This document shows, piece by piece, positions 49,401 through 58,795 of a stretch of DNA of 64,000 nucleotides. The position numbers and the translations under genes were made by a program. Where the stretch lies: positions 92,177 through 156,176 of the IMG/VR virus record IMGVR_UViG_2595698517_000001; one strand, 5' to 3'. Position 1 is the stretch's first letter. Every line of letters starts with the position of its first letter. This stretch comes from a virus (Duplodnaviria; Caudoviricetes). The notes beneath the pieces were generated by a model. The model did no database searches, was not told where the DNA came from, and saw nothing but the letters and a program-made list of their open reading frames with translations.

Positions 49401-50231
49401 TTAGAGCTCACCCATAAACTCGTTATCGAAATACAGCTCGTCCATGATATTAGACACGATACCGTTAAAGTACGCAAAGGTACCCTTACGCATTTTTACA
49501 CCTTTTTTAATCTTCATTACCAGTTCTTTAGCAGCTTGAATACCGATCACTGTTTCCTGTTCCTTCGTGAATGCATACTTGCCCGTCCCATCAGGTTTAT
49601 TACACTGACGAACTACTTTCCAAAACTCTTGTATTGTTTCTGCTTTACGATAAAAAGAGCTCAGGAAAGAAGAGAAACGTTTTGGAACCCAGTGAGCCAC
49701 AAAATCTGCTTCTGTAATATTATCTTTAGATACAGTAATATCTTGGTATATATTACGTTTGTTTATATCTTTTATGTTTTGTTTTAAAGAAACTGGTTTT
49801 GTATTAATGGTCGGACACTTCTCGGACTTTTCTTGTGGTTTCTTATCGGACATGTTGTTTTCTACAGGCAAAATAACTACAGCATTAGATGTTTGGTTCA
49901 TATCAGACTTGCGTTTCATTGGAATCTGTTTAATAATATTTAAATCCTCTAGTCGCTTAGTTAGACGTTGAATTGTTTTATATGATACTTCCATCTTAGC
50001 CGCTAGTGAATTTTTGCATAGGAAACTAACGCCTACATATTTACAACTGTGGCGCTTTAGCACTTCCAATAATTTTGTTAAATTCATGCGTGCGTCTACA
50101 CGCTTAATAGTAGCTGCGATCATATCTTTATATGTACGGACTGCTTTATTCATATCTTCAATATCATTAAACGAAGCCAGGTTTTTGAACGCTTCTTCAG
50201 ATGCCACAACATCTATCCTTTGTTTTGCCAT
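49401..50231 (-). CDS. HTH-domain, replication-initiator-like protein of Bacillus mobile elements
   Basis: GVSFLCKNSLAAKMEVSYKTIQRLTKRLEDLNIIK winged HTH, QTSNAVVI, C-terminal FAYFNGIV. Start moved to ATG 50231 (GGGGAGTG RBS). Confidence 0.7.
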   Translation of the reverse strand: MAKQRIDVVASEEAFKNLASFNDIEDMNKAVRTYKDMIAATIKRVDARMNLTKLLEVLKRHSCKYVGVSFLCKNSLAAKMEVSYKTIQRLTKRLEDLNIIKQIPMKRKSDMNQTSNAVVILPVENNMSDKKPQEKSEKCPTINTKPVSLKQNIKDINKRNIYQDITVSKDNITEADFVAHWVPKRFSSFLSSFYRKAETIQEFWKVVRQCNKPDGTGKYAFTKEQETVIGIQAAKELVMKIKKGVKMRKGTFAYFNGIVSNIMDELYFDNEFMGEL

Positions 50232-50244
50232 ATGTACACTCCCC

Positions 50245-50298
50245 TTATCCACAATAATAACCGTTATGTAAAATATAGTTATCCACATGTGGATAACT
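50245..50298. promoter_or_regulatory. Three perfect DnaA boxes, two forming a 22-bp palindrome
   Basis: TTATCCACA at 50245-50253 and 50279-50287, TGTGGATAA at 50288-50296; TG-extended -10 TATACT on the minus strand at 50308-50313. Confidence 0.8.
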
Positions 50299-50389
50299 TT
50301 TAAGGTGAGTATACCATAGCCTGTCTATAATTTGCTAGTATTTTTTACAATAAAAAAGCAGGAGTTAGAAACCCCTGCCTTGTACTTAC

Positions 50390-51037
50390 TTATTTACCTA
50401 ATACTGTAATCTTAACTTGCTTACGTCCCCATGCATTAGCCTGGGCATCTGTCGGTAAAAGTACGTCAATACGGTTACCTTTGATTGCGCCACCAGTATC
50501 TAGAGCCATTGCTTCTCCGTAGCCTTCTACATATACTCTAGAACCTAAGGGAATTACTCGTGGGTCTACAGCAATAACTCGTGCGTTTGGATTCTTACTT
50601 AAGTTAAATCCAGTCGCTGTTAATACTTGTCCACCGTATGTACCACCATTTTCACTTGGATGTGGTGTATAAGCAGTAGCTTCCACGATCAAAGTCTTAC
50701 CTTGTGGTTGTGCTTGCTTAGGTGCTTGTTGAACCTGAGCTTGTTGGTTTGGTTGTTGGACAGGCGCTACCTGTTTCTGAGGAGCAGCTACTCCTCTATC
50801 AGCTTTAAGCATGGTAAGTAATTGTACGTTTTGAGCTTCTGTTCCTACGTAATTAGACATTCCGTATGCTTCTGACAATTGTTTACGATGACCAAAGCTG
50901 TGATCCTCTTGTTTGTGGTAAAGATAGTCTACAATACTCCTGTCTGTGTCGAAACCACTTGCTGAAGCTGTGTCTTGTCCAAATAGGAAGAATCCCGTTG
51001 ACAATGCACCTAATGTGATGATAGATTTAAGTTTCAT
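50390..51037 (-). CDS. Secreted 3D-domain (YocH/MltA-like) peptidoglycan hydrolase
   Basis: Signal peptide (ASA), VEATAY, IAVDPRVIPLGS, DTGGAIKGNRIDV. Start moved to ATG 51037. Confidence 0.9.
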   Translation of the reverse strand: MKLKSIITLGALSTGFFLFGQDTASASGFDTDRSIVDYLYHKQEDHSFGHRKQLSEAYGMSNYVGTEAQNVQLLTMLKADRGVAAPQKQVAPVQQPNQQAQVQQAPKQAQPQGKTLIVEATAYTPHPSENGGTYGGQVLTATGFNLSKNPNARVIAVDPRVIPLGSRVYVEGYGEAMALDTGGAIKGNRIDVLLPTDAQANAWGRKQVKITVLGK

Positions 51038-51100
51038 GCATAACTTCCTTTCTTGTTCTATGTCTTCTAATGTAACACATATATACCGCATTTAACCCCC

Positions 51101-51128
51101 TGTAACTGAACTGTAAAGAAACTGTAAC
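51101..51128. promoter_or_regulatory. Triple WalR-like box
   Basis: TGTAAC-N5-TGTAAA-N5-TGTAAC matches TGTWAH-N5-TGTWAH twice. Confidence 0.6.
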
Positions 51129-51143
51129 CTGTAATTTCCATAT

Positions 51144-51176
51144 AAAAGAAAAAGAGGACTCCCGAAAGAGACCTCC
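51144..51176 (-). terminator. Terminator after the tail tube gene
   Basis: GAGGTCTC/GAGTCCTC imperfect stem plus T-tract. Confidence 0.65.
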
Positions 51177-51185
51177 TGATTTTCC

Positions 51186-51614
51186 TTATGCGCTACGTAC
51201 GTTAGCTGAAGTTAAGAAGTAGAAACGAGCGTTCTCACTAGTGATTTCGTTCGCTTTAACATCTTCAGAGTAGCTGTCGATAGAGCATCCACGATATGCT
51301 ACAATTACTTCTTGTGTGTAGTTATCGTAAAGTACAATGTCCATGATGTCCATTTGTAGTACTTCTTCCCCTAAAGCAGCGAAACCTAATGTTGCCAGGT
51401 TCTCTTTCTTCATACGGAAGCGCTCTACTGTTACAGAACCCTCATACTTCAAGTAAACGTGCTCTTGCGGCATGATCGAACCGATTTGGTATACCCCAGT
51501 AGTACCGAAACTACGTTCTGCTGAGATAGATTGAGCACGAGCGATCGGTACGTTTTTAATCATGAAATATACTGTATTACCAGTCTGTACCGTTTGGTTA
51601 GTTACAGATGCCAT
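51186..51614 (-). CDS. Tail tube protein
   Basis: MASVTNQTVQTGN...GVYQIGSIMPQEHVYL, typical of the Herelleviridae tube; follows the sheath. Confidence 0.92.
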   Translation of the reverse strand: MASVTNQTVQTGNTVYFMIKNVPIARAQSISAERSFGTTGVYQIGSIMPQEHVYLKYEGSVTVERFRMKKENLATLGFAALGEEVLQMDIMDIVLYDNYTQEVIVAYRGCSIDSYSEDVKANEITSENARFYFLTSANVRSA

Positions 51615-51669
51615 GTAGTTCACTCCTGTTCATTATAGTAATCATGGAGAGGATTAACCCCTCCATGTA

Positions 51670-53376
51670 TTAAGCAGTTAATTGGTTATCAACGTAGTTG
51701 ATGTAAACAGTGATTGCATCTAGACCACGAGCAGGTTGTACTGTGATGTTGATACGAGCTGTGTTACCAGTGATGATAACTTGGATGTCATCAGGGTTGT
51801 AGTCTACGATTAGCCCATCTACGTTCTTCTGTTTATCTAAGAAAGATTCAACAGCGTTCTTGATGATAGAAGCAGATGTGTTACGTAAACGAGTACCGAT
51901 GAATGTTTCGTCAAGCTCTGTACGTAAGTCAGTTGTTAAGAAGTCAGAAACTTCTCCAAGAGAGATACGGTTTTGTACAGGCTCAGTAGTTGTGTTGTAA
52001 GTAGTTGGGTCACTTACTACACGGAAGTAAGATTTAGCACGAGTACGGTTGAACTCAGCCATGATTACTCCTGCTGCGTCTAACTGATCTAACTGGTCGC
52101 CTGTGAACTTGATGTCTAGAGACTCGATGTTTAACTTCTTGTATGTAGTTGGTTCCCCGATAGGTACACCACTAGCGATACCTGCGATTAAAGCAGCTCC
52201 CATGTAAGCAGGGAAGTTATAAACTCGTCCATCTGACATTCTGCGTGTACCTGAGTTACCGAATAAGCTGATACGAGCGTTACGTAGACCTGCTTGACGT
52301 GCTTTAAGCTTGTCGAATGTCTCTTTAATAGCTCCTCCAACGAATCCTCGTAACTGGTTACCTGCGCCTGACTCGTCACGTAAGAACTGAGATAGCTCTC
52401 CGTGGATTGCTTCTTTATCCGTTAAAGGAAGGATGTAGTAAGCTCCTAAGTCAGCTACAGAAGCAAATAGGTCTGCCCAAGATTCAGCAGGAGTTGAAGT
52501 AGAACCACCCGCTAAGTTTGTAACAGGGATTGTAGCAGGGATTGCTGTTTTTGGATCGTAAGTAAGAGTTACGTAAGGATCAGTCTCAGTTTGGTTAACT
52601 AAGTCTGCACCGATAGCAGTAACCATTTTAGCAGTAGCTTTAACATCTGTTTCAGCTAGAGCGTCTAAGTACTTTGTATCCACGTTTTTGTTTCCACCAA
52701 GAGAGTTCATTACAACTGTGAAATCAGGTAAGTTGCTAATGTCGTTTACTAGCACGTTAAGGCTTTGGTATACACCAGTTCCTAATGTGTAAGTACGAAC
52801 TACAGTAGCTGTGTCTTTAGCTGCACCTGCTTTAAGCGTTAACTTAGTAGCAAGTTTAGTTGTAGCGTCTACCTCGATCATTACAGCACCGTAAGCTAAG
52901 TTCCCTTTGTATTGAATAGAGAAAATGTTACCGATGTTGTCATATGTTTGTTCGTAACGTTCTTTTGTGTAATACACTGTGAAACGTTTAGAGTTTGTTA
53001 GTGCGTTGTCGCTTAAAGAGTATTGGATGTCGTTTGCATCTGCACCGTAAAGTTTAGATGTAACTGTTAAACCACCGCTTGTTTTTGTTCCTTGTTTTGC
53101 ATCGTCTGCACGAATAGCGAAGATTTTACCTGCTCCACGAGTATCAGGAGATGGGTTCCAAGCCATTTCGATAGCATCTAGTAATTCTCCACCACGGAAG
53201 AACTCTCTAGCCTGTGCAAAGTTTGTTAACTCTACTGCTGTCTTTGGTTTTCCGCCTGTAGCAGAACCGATGATTACAAGAGGTTTTTCACTTCTTGTGT
53301 TAGCAGACCCTAGAGCACTAGAATTTAGAAAAATCTCAGTGTGAGGACGTTTTCTGTCGTGTCCGTAAGATGCCAT
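51670..53376 (-). CDS. Tail sheath protein
   Basis: RPHTEI, GSATGGKP, FRGGELLDAIEMAWNPS; 568 aa. Confidence 0.95.
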   Translation of the reverse strand: MASYGHDRKRPHTEIFLNSSALGSANTRSEKPLVIIGSATGGKPKTAVELTNFAQAREFFRGGELLDAIEMAWNPSPDTRGAGKIFAIRADDAKQGTKTSGGLTVTSKLYGADANDIQYSLSDNALTNSKRFTVYYTKERYEQTYDNIGNIFSIQYKGNLAYGAVMIEVDATTKLATKLTLKAGAAKDTATVVRTYTLGTGVYQSLNVLVNDISNLPDFTVVMNSLGGNKNVDTKYLDALAETDVKATAKMVTAIGADLVNQTETDPYVTLTYDPKTAIPATIPVTNLAGGSTSTPAESWADLFASVADLGAYYILPLTDKEAIHGELSQFLRDESGAGNQLRGFVGGAIKETFDKLKARQAGLRNARISLFGNSGTRRMSDGRVYNFPAYMGAALIAGIASGVPIGEPTTYKKLNIESLDIKFTGDQLDQLDAAGVIMAEFNRTRAKSYFRVVSDPTTYNTTTEPVQNRISLGEVSDFLTTDLRTELDETFIGTRLRNTSASIIKNAVESFLDKQKNVDGLIVDYNPDDIQVIITGNTARINITVQPARGLDAITVYINYVDNQLTA

Positions 53377-53404
53377 AGTGTTTATCTTCCTTTCTAATTA
53401 GCTG

Positions 53405-53668
53405 TTATTTTAAATCTAAATATTGTTTAAGCTCATTGAGGAATACCATCTCGTCTGTCTGATAATGACGACCATTCATTAGGGCTTTAAAGCCTGCTTT
53501 CTGCATGTTATTAATGTCATAAAGCTGAACAGCAGTTTGCAAGAATGTGTCGATATGTACATAAGGCTTGACTGGTTCTACCTCTTTGGCTTTTTTCACT
53601 TGTTTATTGTCAGAAGATTCAGTCTTTTCAACCGATACTTCTTCCAGGTTCTTTTCTTCCTTAGCCAT
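53405..53668 (-). CDS. Small conserved virion-module protein
   Basis: YVHIDTFL...AGFKA motif; immediately before the sheath. Confidence 0.8.
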   Translation of the reverse strand: MAKEEKNLEEVSVEKTESSDNKQVKKAKEVEPVKPYVHIDTFLQTAVQLYDINNMQKAGFKALMNGRHYQTDEMVFLNELKQYLDLK

Positions 53669-54527
53669 TGTCGTTCTCCTCCTTTAGTTTCGCTTGCACG
53701 ATGAACTTTTGTATTTTATTTAGTAGAGGAGCATCCAGGTTATAAGAAGTTTTATACTCTACGATTGTCTCTCTACCGTATAAGATTTCAGGTACAGTAC
53801 CATCTGCTGAGTTTCCTGTGACTACTGGTTCTATCTGTCCGAATTGTAACCTTTGCAGCAACATGTTTGTGTGTTCTTCAACATTGGCTCTCATCATAAT
53901 CAGAATAGATTTTACAATTAAGTCCAGGCATCTAACTGTATCCATATTGGTAGATACAACGAGTACGGAATAATGTTCCGTAGCTGTGAAACCTTGTTTT
54001 AAACCTACTTCTTCTTCTCTGTACTCAACGTAAGTTACCATGAACTCATCCGTTAAAACAGCTAGGGTAGGATCATAAGCAAAGTAGATTCTATTTCCTT
54101 CGACCCTTTTGTTGTCGCTTGCAGAGAACGTAATTCCTTCTACCAGGACTAGTTCACCTATAGGCTTGGATACTTCAAAATAGAGCTCGTCCTGTTCAGG
54201 AGTAGTGTGGATAACAGAGGTCTCTGCTATCAACGACCCTTCTTTGAATCCGTATGTGCCTTCAGTGTTACCAATACTAGTGTCCGACTCGCTCCCTTCA
54301 CGTAAGCCGATATAAATAGCTCCTTGCTGCGTTTGCTTATCCTGGGGCATTGTATACACAATTGGAATCTCTCTTCCTTTTTCCCCTGCATACGCTCGTA
54401 TGAAGTTCCTAGAGATAGTAGGATTGATGTCTTTTAAGATTTCCTCTATAATATAACGGTTTGTCAGGATAATTTGTAATTTTTCTTCTATTTCATTATG
54501 TAAATATGAGTCAATACTCGGTATCAC
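53661..54527 (-). CDS. Tail terminator/completion protein
   Basis: Position in the neck module; MIPSIDSYL start. Confidence 0.65.
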   Translation of the reverse strand: MIPSIDSYLHNEIEEKLQIILTNRYIIEEILKDINPTISRNFIRAYAGEKGREIPIVYTMPQDKQTQQGAIYIGLREGSESDTSIGNTEGTYGFKEGSLIAETSVIHTTPEQDELYFEVSKPIGELVLVEGITFSASDNKRVEGNRIYFAYDPTLAVLTDEFMVTYVEYREEEVGLKQGFTATEHYSVLVVSTNMDTVRCLDLIVKSILIMMRANVEEHTNMLLQRLQFGQIEPVVTGNSADGTVPEILYGRETIVEYKTSYNLDAPLLNKIQKFIVQAKLKEENDNG

Positions 54528-54542
54528 CTTACGTCCTCCTTC

Positions 54543-55172
54543 CTACAGTCCATTTTTCATCTTCCATTTCATGAGTCTATTAACATTAGCAACGAATGTT
54601 TTTGATGTATCTTGTGTATTTACTTTACCACGGTTGATAATCCAACTACTTTGCGGAGACTTGTTCGATACTGTTCTGAATGCTACGTAGTCGTGTCGGT
54701 TGTTACCCGAACGAATCTTCGTAATGTTCTTAGATTTCGGTTCGTAGTTTAACATAGAAGCATCGGAGTCTCTTCTACGATCGTATAAGTAATCTGAGAT
54801 AACCGTCTGTCTTTCACTTGGCGCAATGTCGATAGCACGTAGCTGTTCATACATACGTCTTGACATATCTCTAGCTTTACGCTTAATAGGTACTCGTAAG
54901 TACCACCCACCGTCCTTAGACTTCTTACGCTTACTACTGTGTGCGAAGAATGGTTTTAGATCAATAACCTCTAGCTTTTCTAAACGTTCCGAAGTTAGCT
55001 TTAAATACTTAGGCATACGAGTCGCAGATATGTCTTTTGGCTGCTGTCTAATAACCTCTTTCATACCTGCGTCTAGTGTACCTTGTACCAGGGCGTTACC
55101 TACGTTCTGCATTGCAGATTTCGTAGCCTGGTTATTCTTAAGGAATCGAGGTCTTCTAGCGTTCCTAGACAT
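54543..55172 (-). CDS. Basic neck/tail-completion protein
   Basis: GGWYLRVPI and YVAFRTVSNKS motifs; position. Confidence 0.65.
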   Translation of the reverse strand: MSRNARRPRFLKNNQATKSAMQNVGNALVQGTLDAGMKEVIRQQPKDISATRMPKYLKLTSERLEKLEVIDLKPFFAHSSKRKKSKDGGWYLRVPIKRKARDMSRRMYEQLRAIDIAPSERQTVISDYLYDRRRDSDASMLNYEPKSKNITKIRSGNNRHDYVAFRTVSNKSPQSSWIINRGKVNTQDTSKTFVANVNRLMKWKMKNGL

Positions 55173-55957
55173 TAATCTTTCTTCCTAAAGAATCCATTTA
55201 GACCGTCATAGTTCGGCTTACGTTTAGCGTCAATCTCTTGACTAACTGCTTCATTGTCTACACCAATCTCGAAAGCTTCCTTATCGATAAAGATGTCTTC
55301 ACGTTTTAGTAGTAACTTCTGTGGTAGTTTTACACGTTGTCCTTGTTGGTTTCGTCCGTAACGGTGCTCTTTTAATAAGTCCGCCACCAGGTAGCGTAAA
55401 GTCGTTTGGATGTTAATAGAAATGTTTTTACCAAGTAAATGTGCAGCAGGGAAAAATAGATTGTTCGAAAGGTCTACTGTGTAGTCCTTCCCCTCTATTA
55501 ATTCGCCTTCCATACTAGTTGCGAAGTCAATACTCTTTACATCGTACGTCATATAGAATCCATGATCTATTCTTCGTTGTGATGCATCTAAAATGAAAGA
55601 CTGTGGAACCGTAGCTTCCTTAACAGTAAGTCGGTCACGGAAAGCAATTTGTGTATCACGTTCAGGTGTACCAATAGCTGTACCTGCGTCCATTAATCCG
55701 ATGTCAATGTTACTAGAACCTTTCTCCTGGGACTGAATGATAATCTTCAGTGGTTCAGGTGGTAGGTAAGCGATACCTCGTCCGTGACATATTTTACATG
55801 TTTGGTTCGGTTGTCGTGTTGTTCTATCCCTACATGGGCATAAGTAAGACTTCTCCCATAGGGCTTCTAGGGAGAAATCATCTACGTGCTTATCCAATTC
55901 GGGTGTTCGGAATGTAGCAGTAGAAATCTGCTGCAACATAGATGGTTTCTGTGCCAT
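55172..55957 (-). CDS. Neck/head-closure protein
   Basis: CPC...CKICHGRG zinc motif; position. Confidence 0.7.
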   Translation of the reverse strand: MAQKPSMLQQISTATFRTPELDKHVDDFSLEALWEKSYLCPCRDRTTRQPNQTCKICHGRGIAYLPPEPLKIIIQSQEKGSSNIDIGLMDAGTAIGTPERDTQIAFRDRLTVKEATVPQSFILDASQRRIDHGFYMTYDVKSIDFATSMEGELIEGKDYTVDLSNNLFFPAAHLLGKNISINIQTTLRYLVADLLKEHRYGRNQQGQRVKLPQKLLLKREDIFIDKEAFEIGVDNEAVSQEIDAKRKPNYDGLNGFFRKKD

Positions 55958-55969
55958 TGTTTACCCTCC

Positions 55970-56848
55970 CTAGATTAGTCCTAAATTCATTCCGTAATAT
56001 GATCTAAGCGCAGGCACCAGGTCTGCAATGTCTCGGTCAATCTGCATAATATCGGCAGAAGCTCCACCATACATAGCAGACTGAGTTGTATCAATCGATT
56101 GAGATACACCGTCAATAGATACAGACATATTCGCAATACCCGCACCGATGATTAAACGACCCCATTGTTGTAGTACTTCTTTTAAGGCTACCTTGACAAT
56201 AAGAGTCCATAAGTCTGCGTGCATCTCATGTGGTTGTGTTACCCCGCTACGAGTAGGAGGAAGCATACCTGCAACGTATTCTATATGGAATAACTGTGGT
56301 GCGTAGTTATTATTTCCAACTAGGCTCGGAATACCTGAAATCATTGGGTACCCTGAGTATATCTGAGAAACGTTTAAATTGGTTCCCTCACTAGAAAGCA
56401 TTAGTGTAGGTAGCATTTCAATATGACCAGGTAACTTGTTAATTCTCCACCACTTGGTAGGGTATTCAAAAATAGACCCTCCACCATATTCCATACGGAT
56501 TTTTTCCATCTGTACGATCGGTCTACGGTGTGTATGGATGAACATAAAGCTATCGAAGTCATTACGATGGAAGTCGTGATGCTCCTGAACATATCGAGGA
56601 AGAATAACAATGTCTAGCATCTTTTCTACTTGTGCCACTGCCTGCTCAATCTTAGCTTTATAGAATGCATCGGGTAACTCTTCCCCAGTACGAGGATCAG
56701 TAACCTGAATACCGAAATGGTTAACCTTGATTGCATCTACAGTCAAACCATAATCTTCTAGCGTATAATTATTCACAGTCTCTCTATCAAGTAACTGCTC
56801 ATTATTGTGCTCGTAGGGGTTTCCACCGTTTGGGTTATTAAATATCAT
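55970..56848 (-). CDS. Head-tail adaptor protein
   Basis: IEYVAG and SVSIDGVSQS motifs; position after the capsid gene. Confidence 0.7.
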   Translation of the reverse strand: MIFNNPNGGNPYEHNNEQLLDRETVNNYTLEDYGLTVDAIKVNHFGIQVTDPRTGEELPDAFYKAKIEQAVAQVEKMLDIVILPRYVQEHHDFHRNDFDSFMFIHTHRRPIVQMEKIRMEYGGGSIFEYPTKWWRINKLPGHIEMLPTLMLSSEGTNLNVSQIYSGYPMISGIPSLVGNNNYAPQLFHIEYVAGMLPPTRSGVTQPHEMHADLWTLIVKVALKEVLQQWGRLIIGAGIANMSVSIDGVSQSIDTTQSAMYGGASADIMQIDRDIADLVPALRSYYGMNLGLI

Positions 56849-56872
56849 TAGTAACCGCCCTCAGCTTTCTTA

Positions 56873-57082
56873 TTATTCTTTTTCCTCTGTTTTAGCTTTA
56901 CTTGCAGCTTTCTTAGGTGTCGCTTTCTTTGGCTCATTATCTACGAACGTGTATCCAGGTACCTGACCTAGTTCCTTTTGTTGTTCGATTGGTAGTTCGT
57001 TATTCTCACCTTTCTCATTGAAAACAACTTGTCCAAAGATTGTAGCTACTGATTTACCTGCGAATACTGGGTTTACTAACAT
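56873..57082 (-). CDS. Small head-associated protein
   Basis: 69 aa, AAAGGAGAG RBS. Confidence 0.75.
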   Translation of the reverse strand: MLVNPVFAGKSVATIFGQVVFNEKGENNELPIEQQKELGQVPGYTFVDNEPKKATPKKAASKAKTEEKE

Positions 57083-57103
57083 AATATCTCTCCTTTATTA
57101 AAT

Positions 57104-57133
57104 AAAAAGGAGCAGAATATTTCATCTGCTCCC
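57104..57133 (-). terminator. Terminator after the major capsid gene
   Basis: GGAGCAGA/TCTGCTCC stem plus T-tract. Confidence 0.8.
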
Positions 57134-57175
57134 TATTTAGTTTTACTATTCAGTTTTACTTAAGCTCTGTATTCC

Positions 57176-58624
57176 TTACTTAACAGGAATTGTAACATCT
57201 GCTGCTAATGCAGGGATGTATTTAACGTTCTTAATACGTACCCATTTCTTAGGAGCGTATAGAGCTAGTGCTCCGTACCAAAGAACTGTGAACGTGTAAG
57301 TAGCGTTCATTTGAGCTAAAGGTAAACGCATCATTGGTAGTAACTCAAGTAAGCTAACTACTTGTGGGTTCATTTCCCCAAGGAATACGTCTGTAGTTTC
57401 AGGAATAATTTCGTTTGTATCAACGAAAGTAATTACGTTGTTAACTGCTTTAGACATAGCCACACGAGCGATTTGGAAGTAATGTCCAGTCTCTCTACCT
57501 TGACGGTACACAACTACGAATTGTGGTTGTGCTTGGTATAAAGTTTGTAGAGTGATCGCTAGAGATACAGAGTCATCTGCTGCTGCTAGAGAAGCAGTTA
57601 CTTCTTGAGAAGCTACAGATTCTGCTTCGTCAGAGAATACTACAACTTTGTATGAAAGACCTGCTTTAACGTCTTCAGCAGTGAATTTACCTTTTTTGTC
57701 TTTGTTAACTGTAGCTACGATGCTTTGTGGTGGCATTGGAGCGTTAGCTTGTGGTAAACGATCTTCAACTAATACGTTGTCGTTTTCCATGATTGTAGAA
57801 CCGTGTAACTTGATTGCTCCACGTACTGAGTTGAATTGAGTTACAGTGTAACCTGTAGCCATTCCGCCCTCAGCCGCAGGTTGGATAACACGTTGGCGGT
57901 CAAGTAAATTATTCATAAATTCGGCTTGGACACCAATCGGCATAAATGCGTCTGTAGCACGACCGTAACCTTTACCTACAACTACTGCTGCTTTGTTTAA
58001 GATTTGCTCTGTTAAATCAGCACCACGTACATCTAATACGTTAGTTTTTTCATCGATAAGTTTATGTAAACCATCGAACTCAATACCTGCTTGAGGATCA
58101 ATGTCATTCGATAAAGCTGCATCTCCGTAGAAGATTGCCCACTCAATAGACTTCGCAATAACCGAAATCGCATCGTCAGTTAACACTGTCATTGGGTCAG
58201 CAATGTTGTTAACTAAGCCTGCTGCGATCGATTGTTGTTTAGTGTCAGATAAGAATTTCATCTGAACTGTCTTTTGACGAATGTTAGGGTCGTTGATAGA
58301 TGCTACCCCAACCTCACGAACGAAGCGGCTGTGCCCTGTACGTCCATGTTGATAAAATACAGCGTATTTTGCTACTGTGTTGTTGATTTGTTGTTTGCTA
58401 ATCATTGGGTAGATCGTGAAGTCATTGCTAGTGTAAGCTAACATTTTAACTTCTTCGTCAAGGAACTCACGTCTTAAAGCTGCTGCGTTTTGTTGCGTAT
58501 CAGGCGTAATTCCTACCCCAGTTGTAAACGACTTCGAAAGAACTTCGTTAATTTTCTTCTCAGCTTCTTCAGGTAATTTACGAACCTCAGGCTGTGCTTG
58601 GTCTTTGTTTAACTCGTTACCCAT
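57176..58624 (-). CDS. Major capsid protein
   Basis: KSFTTGVGITPDTQ, AALRREFLD, HGRTGHSRFVRE, typical of the Herelleviridae MCP. Confidence 0.96.
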   Translation of the reverse strand: MGNELNKDQAQPEVRKLPEEAEKKINEVLSKSFTTGVGITPDTQQNAAALRREFLDEEVKMLAYTSNDFTIYPMISKQQINNTVAKYAVFYQHGRTGHSRFVREVGVASINDPNIRQKTVQMKFLSDTKQQSIAAGLVNNIADPMTVLTDDAISVIAKSIEWAIFYGDAALSNDIDPQAGIEFDGLHKLIDEKTNVLDVRGADLTEQILNKAAVVVGKGYGRATDAFMPIGVQAEFMNNLLDRQRVIQPAAEGGMATGYTVTQFNSVRGAIKLHGSTIMENDNVLVEDRLPQANAPMPPQSIVATVNKDKKGKFTAEDVKAGLSYKVVVFSDEAESVASQEVTASLAAADDSVSLAITLQTLYQAQPQFVVVYRQGRETGHYFQIARVAMSKAVNNVITFVDTNEIIPETTDVFLGEMNPQVVSLLELLPMMRLPLAQMNATYTFTVLWYGALALYAPKKWVRIKNVKYIPALAADVTIPVK

Positions 58625-58761
58625 GTATGTATCTTCCCTTCTAGTTGAAATCTATTTTAATTTAATAGTTACCGTATGGTTGTCCATCCTATAGATAAAG
58701 CAAAGGTGGGCTAGGAGGAGGAACCCACCGTTTGCAAAGCTATTTCAAGCTTTCATGTCCC

Positions 58762-58771
58762 TAATATAACA
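58762..58771 (-). promoter_or_regulatory. Late promoter TGTTATATTA for the capsid gene
   Basis: Exact motif followed by a ~130-nt leader containing a hairpin. Confidence 0.72.
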
Positions 58772-58795
58772 CTTTGTACTGAATTTTTTGAAATT

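Noticed and set aside
49811-49853. TCGGAC three times inside the Rep-like gene as iterons
   Set aside because: Only 6 nt and irregularly spaced; suggestive but too weak.
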